In this document: positions 52,888 through 64,000 of the stretch, one piece after another
How the letters are laid out: each line of letters begins with the position of its first letter
Position numbering within the stretch: position 1 is the stretch's first letter
Source of the DNA: Eukaryota sp. TZLM1-RC
Lineage: Eukaryota; Protista; Metamonada: BaSk clade
Assembly (NCBI GenBank): GCA_040285825.1
Contig: JAUPSS010000007.1
Coordinates: forward strand, 2,516,689 to 2,580,688
Length of the DNA: 64,000 bases
Reading direction: 5' to 3'
Made by a program: the position numbers and the translations under genes
The notes under the pieces: generated by a model
Told to the model about the DNA's origin: nothing
Seen by the model: the letters and a program-made list of their open reading frames with translations, nothing else
Database searches by the model: none

Positions 52888-53715
52888 TGATGCCGTTAGG
52901 CAGATGAACACACGAAGGAGAGAGAGAAATCTGAGTTTATTAATAAAACTGATTCATAAACGAGTATCACGTCATCAGTCAAAATACAATGAAACCTACT
53001 AATTCAATTTAAGTTCGACAACAACACTACTTTTTCCCATTTTTCTGAGGACAAATACAGTACTGGCTCAATAGAGGGGAGATATGGGGTTTGTTAAATT
53101 CTCCGGTGCATCGATGGTATGAGAACGTTGGATACCTACGAAAAGAAGTCCTCTGGCAAATCGGTTCAGAAAAGCTATGTCTGGCAACTTCAGTCCGGAA
53201 GCCCTACTCTTTACCTGGAAAAAACGTCGCAGGTAACAGGACATACGTTCTCGGACGTCACCAATACGGACATAAAGCATCAGTTCTGACATAGCCAGAC
53301 TAAAATCTTCGTACATGGCGAACGATACGACAGATTGTAGATGTCTGAGAAGAACATCGTCACTGGATCAGCCGTCGGATTTCTGGAGAGATAGGGACTC
53401 TAACAGAAAAGAATCGACCAAGAGTCTTGCTGGAACAAGCTCTTTCTTAGGAGTCACCGAAGAATAAATCTTTCACTCCTATAGGAACAGAAGAACACTT
53501 TCAACTTTCATGGAAGAAAGAGACGTCAGGTTAACAGAGGGAACAGTCATCTGAAATAAGAAGGGCCAATAATTATTGATGCCGTTAGGCAGATGAACAC
53601 ACGAAGGAGAGAGAGAAATCTGAGTTTATTAATAAAACTGATTCATAAACGAGTATCACGTCATCAGTCAAAATACAATGAAACCTACTAATTCAATTTA
53701 AGTTCGACAACAACA
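52888..53715 (-). mobile_element. TRIM / non-autonomous LTR element, family 2 (828 bp)
   Basis: Identical 139-bp LTRs (52888-53026 and 53577-53715), GAAT TSD, polypurine tract next to the 3' LTR, and a stop-containing internal ORF relic. Confidence 0.95.
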
Positions 53716-54350
53716 GAATCATTTATTGAATTGCAAATTTAATATTACATATCGCTCAGTTGTTCACGATGCTGTTAGAGACCAACTATACGCTGTGTGC
53801 AAAAGTCATCACATTGAAGCTTTAGTTGAACCACTTGTGCGAAAATTGTCATCTGAAAATGAAGACGAAAATACTTTTGGGAAACGCCGTGCTGATTTAA
53901 TTAGCCCTGGGTCTGATGGTGTAATCAAAGTTGTTGATGTTGTCACTGTTGATGTTTGAGAAGTCTCAGCAATTGTTTTTGCTGAAAAAGATGAAACTTC
54001 ACTTAGCTTTGCTGAAAAGAGCAAAATCAAAAAGTACAATGAACTTTTATTTCAGCTAGGACGTGTTGCGCATGTCAAGTATCAGCTGGTTCCACTTGCT
54101 GTTTCTCTTTTTGGTAACATTGGAATATCTGGCATCAAATTTCTTGAAGGTTTCAGAAGCTTAATAAAAGAAAGAGCAGGAAAAGAATTGCACTTCAATT
54201 TCTGGCACAATAGAATTGTTTTTAGTTTTCCTGAAGCGATTCCAGAAATGTTGACCAAATCACTGCTGCAATTAGGATTAGAGTATGAGAATCGACCATT
54301 GAAGAGATTTGATGATGTTGATGCGTGTATTGAGGATATTGAGTTCTAGG
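53716..54350 (+). mobile_element. RLE end of the non-LTR copy interrupted by the TRIM
   Basis: NHLLNCKF, HDAVRDQL, RRADLI..VVDVVTVD. Confidence 0.88.
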
Positions 54351-54525
54351 TTCTTCTTTAGTTGTTTTGTTTGACACAAAAATAATATACATTAGCAACA
54401 AGCGCATGTGTTTCATGAAATATATAGGACTTTACATTTTCAGAAACCAAAATCAGTTATTGCGTAATCAACAGTATTGATTCTGCTGTCCCTAACCTAC
54501 CATAGTTATAGTTTACACAATTTCA

Positions 54526-54593
54526 TCATGGATGGATTCGAACCCTTGACCAGGAGATTCAGGATCGCTCTCTGTTCCCCTGGGCCAGATTCA
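54526..54593 (-). pseudogene. tRNA-derived relic or SINE head (Gln-CTG-like)
   Basis: A-box-like TGGCCCAGGGG and B-box GGTTCGAATCC at tRNA spacing, with a GAT-cCTGa-ATC arm; no acceptor stem. Confidence 0.5.
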
Positions 54594-54679
54594 ATTCCAA
54601 ATGACGTTCGTTCTTAGGATATCCCAAAATACTATGGACCCACAAAATTTGGTGATTCAAAAATTTTCAGACCTCACCC

Positions 54680-57326
54680 AAGAGAATATTTATTGAATTT
54701 GCACATTGAATTAAATAAACTCAATACTAATGGGACGACTATCATTGAACCAAGATTTCCTCTACAAAATCTTGATCTGCTTGCTGTCTAGCTAAAGCTT
54801 CTCTTATTCGATTGAAAAACTGTGGTAATCTATTAATAATGGCAAATTGAATCCGTGAACGCCATAAAATATATCAAATCTTTTCATTGTTTTTTCTTGC
54901 ACCATTTTTTGGAAGTCATTCAAAAAAGTTTCTGCTTCATCTGATAATCTTCCATTTATCGAAAATGGGAAAGCAATAAAAACCAGCTGTGTATTTCTAT
55001 CGGCATTAGCCTCTTCAATATCTTTATCATCTTTTCTATGTTTTTCTTTTGCTTCATAATCAAGAGCAGTCACAGGATTAAGTTTTCTTCTGTGAACCAA
55101 AGGATCATTTGCAACATTACATGAGACAAAGTCAACAATAGCTTCAGAATTATCAATCCAATCCCAGTATACATCAGCTCTATCATCAGAACCAAAATTG
55201 TTCAGAGAAAGGGTTTCCTTCAGCAGGGGCTCTTTGATACACGATATCCTTGCAGTTTGTGCCATATTAAAAACAGTGTCTCTAACAGCATCATGTAATG
55301 AAGAATGATAAGTTATCAATTTAGAGCAATTCAGAGCATGGCGCAAAGTGAGTTGAGCTGAATTCGAACAAATACATTTTTCTTTTGATAATAATTGATT
55401 AATGGGGATATTCAAATATAATCTCATTTTTGTGACAAATGCTTCATTAGTGGTACACAATCCAAATCTTCGTGGTACAATGGTTACAAAAATTGAAGAC
55501 TCTGATGACCTATTTTCACAAACACCCCTTTCCAATAACAATGAGTGAAGATCTTGATTTAAAACAGCCGAGCTGCATATATTATTATAAATATCTTTTT
55601 CATACATTCCAGTCAATCGTTTCTGTAATGTTCGATGAGTGTACTTGAAATTTAAAACATTTTTTTCCGGAATATTGCCATTGAATGATTGGGGAAAACA
55701 TCGACCCCATTTTTCTACGTCATTTTTTGAAATTTCTTCATTTAATGCAAAAACAGTGGAACTTTGCGTTGTCATCAATAAATCTTCCCAATCTGCAAAT
55801 CTTTCGGAAAACTCAAAGATTGCATTTCTGCATCCACCAACAAAAGCACACGAGGTAAGAATAGAAGCCTTCGTCCACCCTAAACCACCATAATGTGGAC
55901 TAAGGTAAGCATGATCTGGAATTTGAAACATTTTACATCCCAGTAATTGAGACAGAACTTTTGCACGTAACTCATTAAACTTTTGAGCCAAAGGTCTAGT
56001 GACGAGAGGATTTGTAGATCGAAATATATGAGTAAAATTGGAACTAAAACACAGTCTTATAATGGTAAATTTGATGTGTTTTTTTATATCTAAATTCATC
56101 ATTCGGTCAATTTTGTCAGAAATTGAGTTCAACTTTTTTTATGTATTATTTATTTTTATTCAACAACAAATATGAAATACACAATTTAAACTCCACATCC
56201 TGAAAACCTGCATCCCCTACATCACAACGATTAATTGCTAAAGATTCACAAAATTTCCCAAAAGGAGATAGTGAATCAGAAATTAGTTTTACCATTCCCT
56301 TAAAAATAGAAAATACAATCCTGTTTTGCCAGTAAACACGATTGAAAATTCTTCCAGTTCTTTCTTTTACAACTACAACAAAATCCTCAAGGAAAGCCAT
56401 AGCAGCCTTACCTAGAGATTCAAGCAAAGAAAAAACAAATGGACATAAATTATATTGGGTATGAGAATTTTCATTAACCGAGGAAATGAGTTTCGCATAT
56501 TTAGCAATTTTATATTTTTCTCCTGCAAGAAGAGGATTATTTACCTCCGAGTTAATGAGATGTTCGTTAGAGGAATTACAAGGGTCAATAGACATGGCGT
56601 CCAAAATAGTAAAACTACCATTTAAACCAGGAACAACTAGATCACCTCTAGTCAGACCCATAGAAGCTCTGTTGTAACGCGTACTATCAATATTGGGATC
56701 ATCAAGAATTAATTTTGATAACAACGGTTCTAAAAAGGTTCCACTCGATATGATTTGCACATTACATAAATTTCGTCCCTGACGTTATTATGCACTTTGC
56801 TTCTAAACAATTCAAACAGTTCAATTTTTCAAACAATTTTGTGGTAATTTCATCATTATTTCCTAAAAACGAACCCAAATGACGAATAGCATCAATTGAA
56901 TATAATTTGGCTGGAATTTCAATATCATCAATTATTGTGGAAACTGGAGAATTCGATAACAAAACACATTTAAGTAAATTAAGTCGGAGACCAATTTTGG
57001 TAAATAAATCTTTAAAACACACAGTTGCTTGTTTCACAATATTTAAATCACCAATAAGCACAACATCATCCATATATGCAATCTTTTTTAGCGAAGGAAT
57101 CATCTCTCGAATTTGCAGTAAAATAGGATGAATGGCCAAACAAAACAAAAGAGGTCCTAACGGATCTCCTTGCTTTACACCACTTGATGAACTCAAAATG
57201 TTATAACCAAAATGTAAATTAGAATATGTGCAATATGTTGATTGAAAATACGGCATTAATTCCGGCATATATTGCAATAGAGCATTATGTATACTGCGAC
57301 GACTGAGTGAATTGAAAGCATTTCTA
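54680..57326 (-). mobile_element. CRE-like non-LTR family A, longest copy (RT motif NAFNS through RLE), interrupted by a nested insertion
   Basis: ORFs 56762..57277 and 54804..56132 are colinear with the other family A copies. Confidence 0.92.
56138..56817 (-). mobile_element. Nested 5'-truncated non-LTR family B insertion
   Basis: RGDLVVPG..LDAMSID RLE and an A-rich tail. ~12-bp TSD AGTTCAA(C/T)TTTT at 56126-56137 and 56818-56829. Confidence 0.9.
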
Positions 57327-57717
57327 ACCCATATATAATAGGTCCATATTTTTTCTGAATGGGGTTTTTATTGATTTATTTTGTCTCGTCCCCTCCATTG
57401 CTGTTGTTTACAAATTGAAATTGGTGTGTGTAATTAAACAATTCTAATAGGAGTAGATTTCTTTTTTTGCAACCTGGAAGACCACTCTTCTCTTTTTAAC
57501 AGTGTGGTTTGTGTCATCAACAACAACTGATTTTCCAATAACAAGATTATTTTCGAGTTCATCTTTTAGAGTCTTTTCAGTTTTTTTTTGGTGTGATGAT
57601 TTCATAACCCAGAGTTTCAGCAATTGTTATATTTGTTTCCCAATATTCAATGAATCAAATGGTAATGATTTAATGTCGAATATTGCTAAATTTGGCTTAG
57701 AGTCAAAAATGTGCCTG

Positions 57718-59025
57718 TGTTGCCTGAAGTCTATTGTAGTAAAGAAAAGTCACTGAGAAAAAGTTGATTTATCTTCTAATCATATTAAATAAGCCTTAGG
57801 GCGCCAACACTGCTTCTTCTTTTTGTCAAAATAAATCAGCTTATATGAATATAAAATAAAAAACTATGAACAAATAACTGAACAACTATAACTACTAAGA
57901 ACTAAATACCAAATTCTAATAATTGCTAATGTCTACAATTATCTTTGTAGTGATTGGGATTCACACAAACACTGGTTTCACATTTTTAAGATCGACAATT
58001 GATGTACTATGACTCTCCTACAATTAATGTCAGTATAAGGTAGTAAGCAATAACTGAAAAGGACCTCGTTCCAAGATCTGTATGATTGAATACTGTGTTG
58101 TGTATGTTTCAATCGCTACATAAAGGCGCTCTGCTTTTTCCTTTTTTCGTCAACGAGTAACGTGGTAGTGTCGTTTAGTAAAGGTATCATGGAATCGAAG
58201 AATGGATTCGCTAATGATTATGCATAGTCTATTCTGGATCAAAAACAACAGTCAGCAAAGTAACGAACCTGAGAAACCTGAAGGCGGCGTCTTTTGTTGT
58301 TAAAATAATGGCTTTACGAATAAAAAAATTAGAGCAGCAAGGGCCGTATCTTTGCATTGTGGTACAATAATAATGAAGGTGGAGTCTCTGCTCGTAACCT
58401 CGTATGTAGTCGACTTTTTTTGTGTTTGGCTCCATAAGGGAGGGAGCTGCTCGAATGTATAAAAGTCCATTGATTCAACGTAAGGCTCCATGTGCTTATC
58501 AGGAGTTTGTAGAATCCATCACTGGGGTCGTCTTCCCCTTGTCATCTGGTTGAGCATAAAATTAATCATACACTGCTCAGTAGATCGAGTTGTTGAAGGT
58601 GGGATTGTCATCCGTTACCTTATCAACAGGTTCTACATTTTGGAGGGGAGAGGAAGACAGGTCCGTTCTCGTCACCTCCATCGACAAATCTCTTTTGCTC
58701 GAGGGGAGAGGGAGCCGGGTCTGTTGTCTCGTTGTCCTTCTTATTGTGTGTAGGTGTATGTTCTGTTTGTTGTTCCTGGTCCTGTTGCATTTGAAGGAAT
58801 GAAGATGGCTGAATGTCAGAGATATCCTTTTCTGAGAGTGTCTAACATGTTTTAAATATTTTGCTGAATTGAGTGTTAAGGTTTGCTAAAGTTATTCATG
58901 GTATACCCTGACTTTAAAATGGCCAATAATTATTGTTGCCTAAATTCTATTGTAGTAAGGAAAAGTCAATGAGGAAAAGTTGATTTATTTTCTATTCATA
59001 TTATATAAGTCTTAGGGCGCCAACA
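57718..59025 (-). mobile_element. Degenerate LTR element, family 3 (92-bp LTRs at 57718-57809 and 58934-59025)
   Basis: TGTTG..CAACA LTRs with several mismatches, a purine tract next to the 3' LTR, and a decayed internal ORF. Confidence 0.85.
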
Positions 59026-59178
59026 TATAACGAGATATATTTCATATTCCGTTGTCACGTGACAATCACATCTTGTGAGTTTTGGATTACTGTCTTTAGA
59101 TATTCAAATTTTGATTGTAATGCGAATTAGACCTAATTTGCCTCGTTCTCAAAACTTATCAAATATGAAATGTAAATG

Positions 59179-59318
59179 TGGTGCCGTTAGGCAGATGAAC
59201 ACACGAAGGAAAGAGAGGAAATCTAAGATTATTGATAAAACTGATTCATAAACGAGTATCATATCATCAGTCGAAATACACAGAAACCTACTAAATCAAT
59301 TTAAGTTCAACAACAACA
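59179..59318 (-). mobile_element. Solo LTR, family 2, inside a LINE relic (~59100-59750)
   Basis: Diverged copy of the 52888 LTR with an AATG TSD. Removing it restores MKCKCGVYVSFDQIISC. Confidence 0.92.
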
Positions 59319-59933
59319 AATGTGGTGTTTATGTTTCTTTCGATCAAATAATTTCCTGCTCTAAATTCACTCAAAAAGGATCAATTGTCAATAATGCGAT
59401 ACGTGATTGTATTTATGATCTGTTAAAATCTGCTCATTATCATGTTTGTTTAGAACGTCTGTTTGATGAATTAGCATTCAGTTTGAGCCAAAAACTAGGT
59501 GATATTCAATGAGCATGGTATGATGGAACTGAACTAATTATCGATTGTACTACTGTGTCTCCATAGAAAAGAAGTTCCAATTCTGACATTCAACATTGAC
59601 TCAAAGTTGCAGAGCTTTCCTTGAAATCAAAGTACGAAGAGGGAAAATAATCGTACATTTGGTTTTTTTATTTGGAACAACAGAATTGTATTTTCGTTAT
59701 TGAAAGCCCTTCCCCATTATATTTACTCTATTTTGAATAACATTACGGAGTTTAATAACAAGCGAGTTGCTATTCAAGTGAATATCAAAAATCTCCCGTC
59801 ATTCAATTGATGGAATATTGAGTGTGTTGAAATATGAATTAAGGTTTTGTTTGAGTTGTAAACCGTGTCTGTTCCAGGAATATAACTCTTGTTTTTGTGA
59901 GTCAGAAACCAAAATTTTTGTCATTATTCCACA

Positions 59934-62928
59934 ATGGTATAATGGTTTTAATGCTTTGTGATCACCACAGATTTACTTATCCTCAGATTCAGAAGATGAT
60001 CTTATTACAAACACTACTTACGAGCCTGCTATGCCTCCTATGAGAATGATTCAATTCATAGACGATGCTGAACCCGTTCCCGTATACCTTCTCTCTATGA
60101 GAGATAACGATGATCTTATCTACCCTGTTGTTGAAATGCTCAAGGGCAGCATGGACAGCACTAAACCTTTTATATCGGTTGATGCTGAATGGCGTGATAA
60201 TCTTCTTGATGTCCTCCAATTCGGTACACCTTCGATGTGTGTTTTCATTCAGATTCATCAGCAAAAGACTCTAAATCCTCACTTGAAAGAACTTCTTACC
60301 TCTTCCATTTTGAAAGTCTTTAAGACCAAGAACGAGATCTTAAGACGTATGAACAAGTATTGGAAGGTTAATGTTTCCCGGGTTTTCGATATTGAAGGCT
60401 TTTTCAGGACGATAAAAATGCTCTATCAAAACCGAACAGGTCAGGGGGTGAAACAGATTGGTAAACCGTACCACCCTGCTTGTACATTTGCAGCACATGG
60501 TTTCAATTGTCTACTTCCCAGGGATGAATCCGCTACAATGTCAAATTGGAGTGCAGAGACTCTAACCCAAGAACAAGTAGACTATGCTGCACTTGACGCC
60601 TACTGGATTGCGTTTCTCTACTCCATAATGAACCAATATAATATTGGAAAAGTTCCACCGCACTTGGAAAGTCCTTGTGTGTATTTCCGTAGGTGGTTTG
60701 ATCTGAAAGACCCCTCTTTTGAGAGAAGGACTCCTTTTAGAACCTACTTACCCAGAATAGATTCAAAGAGCTTTATCACTGCTCTTCGTGAGCTCAAATT
60801 GTTCTGTTGTGATGTTCATGAAGTAAAGAATGACCAGAAGCAATTACCAAAAACTTCATTTAAAAAATTACAGTTTTTGCTCAACTCCATCTCTTTATTT
60901 ACTCAGTTTCTATGTAAAGTATTTACTAAGGTGAAGAATCTGGACAAGATTAATCTCCGCAATGCGTACTCTTACCTCAAATGTTCTGGTACCATTGAAC
61001 CTGTTGAATTTGCCCAGCTGGCCAGTAGAATAGTTTGTTTTGCTGTCTTTGGAACAGTTGGTGGCAGTAACGCTCCTGACGTGTTTCTTGCATTCTCTAA
61101 TCAAAAGAGGTTTGCTCTTTATAATCTGACAGTTGCCTATTACGCATTTGCTGAAATCGTGGACTATGACCCTTTAAGCCTTGATTTATTCAAAACGATC
61201 ACCTTGGATGAATCAATGTTCAATGTGGAACCATGTATCGACTTTGTTGATCCAATTATTGCCTATCGTTGCTCCATTATGGCAGACGGCATTAAAAATA
61301 AGTTGCTGTGCTCTGGAATGAATCCTGTAAGTGTCTGCAAATGTAACTCCAATGATGAAAATATAAATGATGCTCTCAACAACCTTATCAACTCCATCAA
61401 TCTCCAGAATCCTATTGTTGCTGTTTATGCTTGTTCAACAACCACACTTTTGGATACCATTACGTTCGCCACGGATACTTGTATTGTTGAACTCTCCACT
61501 GATTATAATAGAGAAATTAATCCATTACTAGAAGCTCTGTTGTCCAATGGAGCAATTACAAAGTACTTCATGGGCAAAGACTGTCCCATTTCCCAAGTTG
61601 GTGAGTTCTTTTGTTTGGAAAAACTTTATGGATTTGTTGACTTTGGAAATAAATATGATTCTGCAAATAATGAATTTTGCCAATTATATGGACCTAATCT
61701 TTCCCTTTATGATCCCAAAGTGTGTTCTTCCTTGCCAGTGTACGGGTATTGTGATAGTTATCCTCTTAGCCCATGCTCTGAAGATGTAACTATATGCTTC
61801 AGCATGTGGTTATTGATGAAAAAGTATAACTTGCAAACAGCAAACTCTGTACCAGTTCAATGTACAATTCCATCTGCTCAACCAGAGATAGATGAATTAA
61901 TCGCTCGTCAAAAGGCAGTGGAGAAAACTGATAATTATTATTTTGTTGATCTAACCTCTCAAGATTTAAGTAACGATGCAGATGTTCTTTACCATTCCGA
62001 TTTACTTGATGTTGATGTCTGTAAAATACCATCTGATCCTGAAGTTGCCAAATCCAAATACCCCAAGTCAGTTAGCTTGAAATGTCTGATGCCAAGTGGT
62101 GTTGCCTGTCCTATACCATCGTACAATCCTGAATCTCAAAGAGTATCTGTTAAAACGTTATCAGCACTGTTTGTTTTGGAACGATTTGTTTTAAAGGATT
62201 CTATTTTTAGAAAGGAATATCTTGGAGCAATTCAAATTCGTGCTCAGTTGGCTGTGATTAATTCAACATTATCTCAGTTGCCCAATGTTTTGGCTTCCCT
62301 TCCTCCCTCTTTGATGAATGTGAAATTCATACCCAAGCTTACCAAATGGTCCTTTAAAGGCGACAAAGCTTCATTTAAAATTCGTGTGGATCAGGCTGAA
62401 AGAATACAGAATCAATTGCGAGAGGCTAACTGTGCCAGTTTGGTGTCGTTTGAATCTGTTCATCCGAGTTTCCAACCATCAAGTACTGATTTTCTTCAAG
62501 TTCACTGCAAGTACTTACTTAATCGGTTCTCTGATTTCTGTACCTCGTACAGTGGTGGAAAATTTGAGAACATTCCGCTTATACTGGAAAATCATGTTCT
62601 TCCTCCCGATTCCAAAGTTCAACCTTATCATAGAGTAGGCTTAAATAAGACCAATTTCCTTCGCTGCTGTAAAGCTTGTGTACCTGTTTTTTATGATGTT
62701 CACCAATGGGATTGTAGTCATCAATTTGGCCCTTTGGTTCCACTGTTTACGCAGGTTTTGAAGAAGCTGGGCATGGTCTATTCTGCAGTATACGACGAAG
62801 AAATTCCGTTCATGAAACGGAAAAGTAACGCAAAGAAGTATCTTCTCTATCTCCTGCACCATGATCTTTTCAATGAAAAGGTACAGCCAGCGAATCTGAA
62901 GCTTATCTGGGAGCAACAATTCAACTAA
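59934..62928 (+). CDS. WRN/EXD-type DEDD 3'-5' exonuclease-domain protein: join(59934..59936, 59971..62928)
   Basis: SVDAEW..VLQFGT, L.ELL..SILKV, SNWS...LT.EQV.YAALDAY. A probable 34-nt GTATAA..CAG intron directly after the ATG extends the ORF in frame. Confidence 0.82.
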
Positions 62929-63035
62929 CTCAATACGTGTGCTTTAAATTTACAACTGTCAATTGTTTTGTTTTTGTTATAATTGTATGAATTTTTATTT
63001 GAATAGAGAATTATATATATTATATATGATATAAG

Positions 63036-63064
63036 CATATTATATAAACCTTAGGGCGCCAACA
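63036..63064 (-). repeat. Partial LTR, family 3
   Basis: CATATTATATAAACCTTAGGGCGCCAACA matches the ends of 57718-57809 and 58934-59025. Confidence 0.85.
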
Positions 63065-63700
63065 CCTGTACATATTCGTCATACAGATTTGAATTGTAAA
63101 TGTGCACAATTTGCTATTTTGCACCAAATTTGTAATTGTTGCAGTTTTGGAAAATTTCGCGATGTCCCTCACATTCGAATGAGACATACTTTGTGGTCGA
63201 TGTGTAGTAATTCAGGTGTAAGTTCAGAAATTGAAGTAACGTTGAAATCATTGTGCCCAGACATTGCCACTCATGACACCATGGATGTTGTTTCTTCGTT
63301 TAGAGGCAATGTCAAATTACTAATTGATGTTAAAACAGTTGACTTAAATAATAATACAAACTGTGGGCATCAAGATGTGGTGGAAATATTAGCTGTAAAC
63401 GAGTTAATCAAGCATAATCATTTTGATCCTTCAGTACCCAAAATCAATAAGTTTCCAAAATCTAAACGAAGCAAACTGTGTTATTCAATAATTTCGCAAT
63501 TTTTTTGAATGGACGATTAGGACCTGAGGCAACCTTGTTGTTGGATGAATTTAATGATTTCATCATCATTAAAAAACGCCTCCATTTAGGTAAAATTTCT
63601 GGACCAATCGAATTGTGTTCAGTTTGTACAAAGGTCTTGGTAAAATGGTTGAGGCTGTGGAACTTGCTCACGCTCAAAGAGTGTTTCACAATGTAGGTGG
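63065..63700 (+). mobile_element. Divergent non-LTR knuckle + RLE fragment
   Basis: NCKC..HQ..C, HIRMR, MDVV..LLIDVKTVD, NGRLG.EA. Confidence 0.75.
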
Positions 63701-64000
63701 AGATTCCTCTCCATTGAGGAAGTAATTAGTTGTTGTTGAAAGTGCATAATTTTCTTCCCTTATAAATAATAATTTTTGGAACAGTCCAGAAGTGCTTGTA
63801 ATTTTGAAACACAAGCACTCAACATATTGCGAAACGAAAAAAGAAAATTACAATTTAATAACTCAATAACACTATCTCAAGATCTGTAAAACTAAACACG
63901 ATCACATCCTAATTGATTAAAGAAAAACCGTGAATAATGAAAGTTGGAATTTATTGAAGCAATAAATGACCTGTGCACGTGTACCGAAAAACAGGAACAA

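Overview
This is AT-rich, gene-compact DNA from a flagellated microbial eukaryote. It has very short (28-34 nt) spliceosomal introns and looks metamonad/fornicate-like, although the taxon is only an inference. Host genes: a BRCT-repeat protein, an outer-arm dynein beta heavy chain, RPL15, a DHHC palmitoyltransferase, a VPS9 GEF, MCM5, a DUF4476-like Q-rich protein, a Rad51/Dmc1-family recombinase, a PP1 inhibitor-3-like protein, tRNA-Leu(AAG) and a WRN/EXD-type 3'-5' exonuclease. They sit among many mobile elements: a chromodomain Ty3/Gypsy element with 117-bp LTRs, two further mini-LTR families (one a TRIM with identical LTRs), many CRE-like RT+RLE non-LTR fragments, a Mutator-like relic and a decayed Fanzor. 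Most notable: (1) The dynein gene is an undamaged N-terminal half (~2,300 aa) that stops inside AAA2 just after a GTAAGT donor and has its own 3' end, so it is a candidate trans-spliced or split gene. (2) A 5.3-kb LTR-bounded block with a CCTG target-site duplication carries an intact exonuclease gene and interrupts a LINE. (3) A Fanzor relic has a hairpin-rich right end next to the Rad51-like gene. (4) The DHHC gene requires a GT-AT intron. (5) LTR insertions repeatedly hit the zinc-knuckle region of LINEs. Everything was read by eye; no searches were run.
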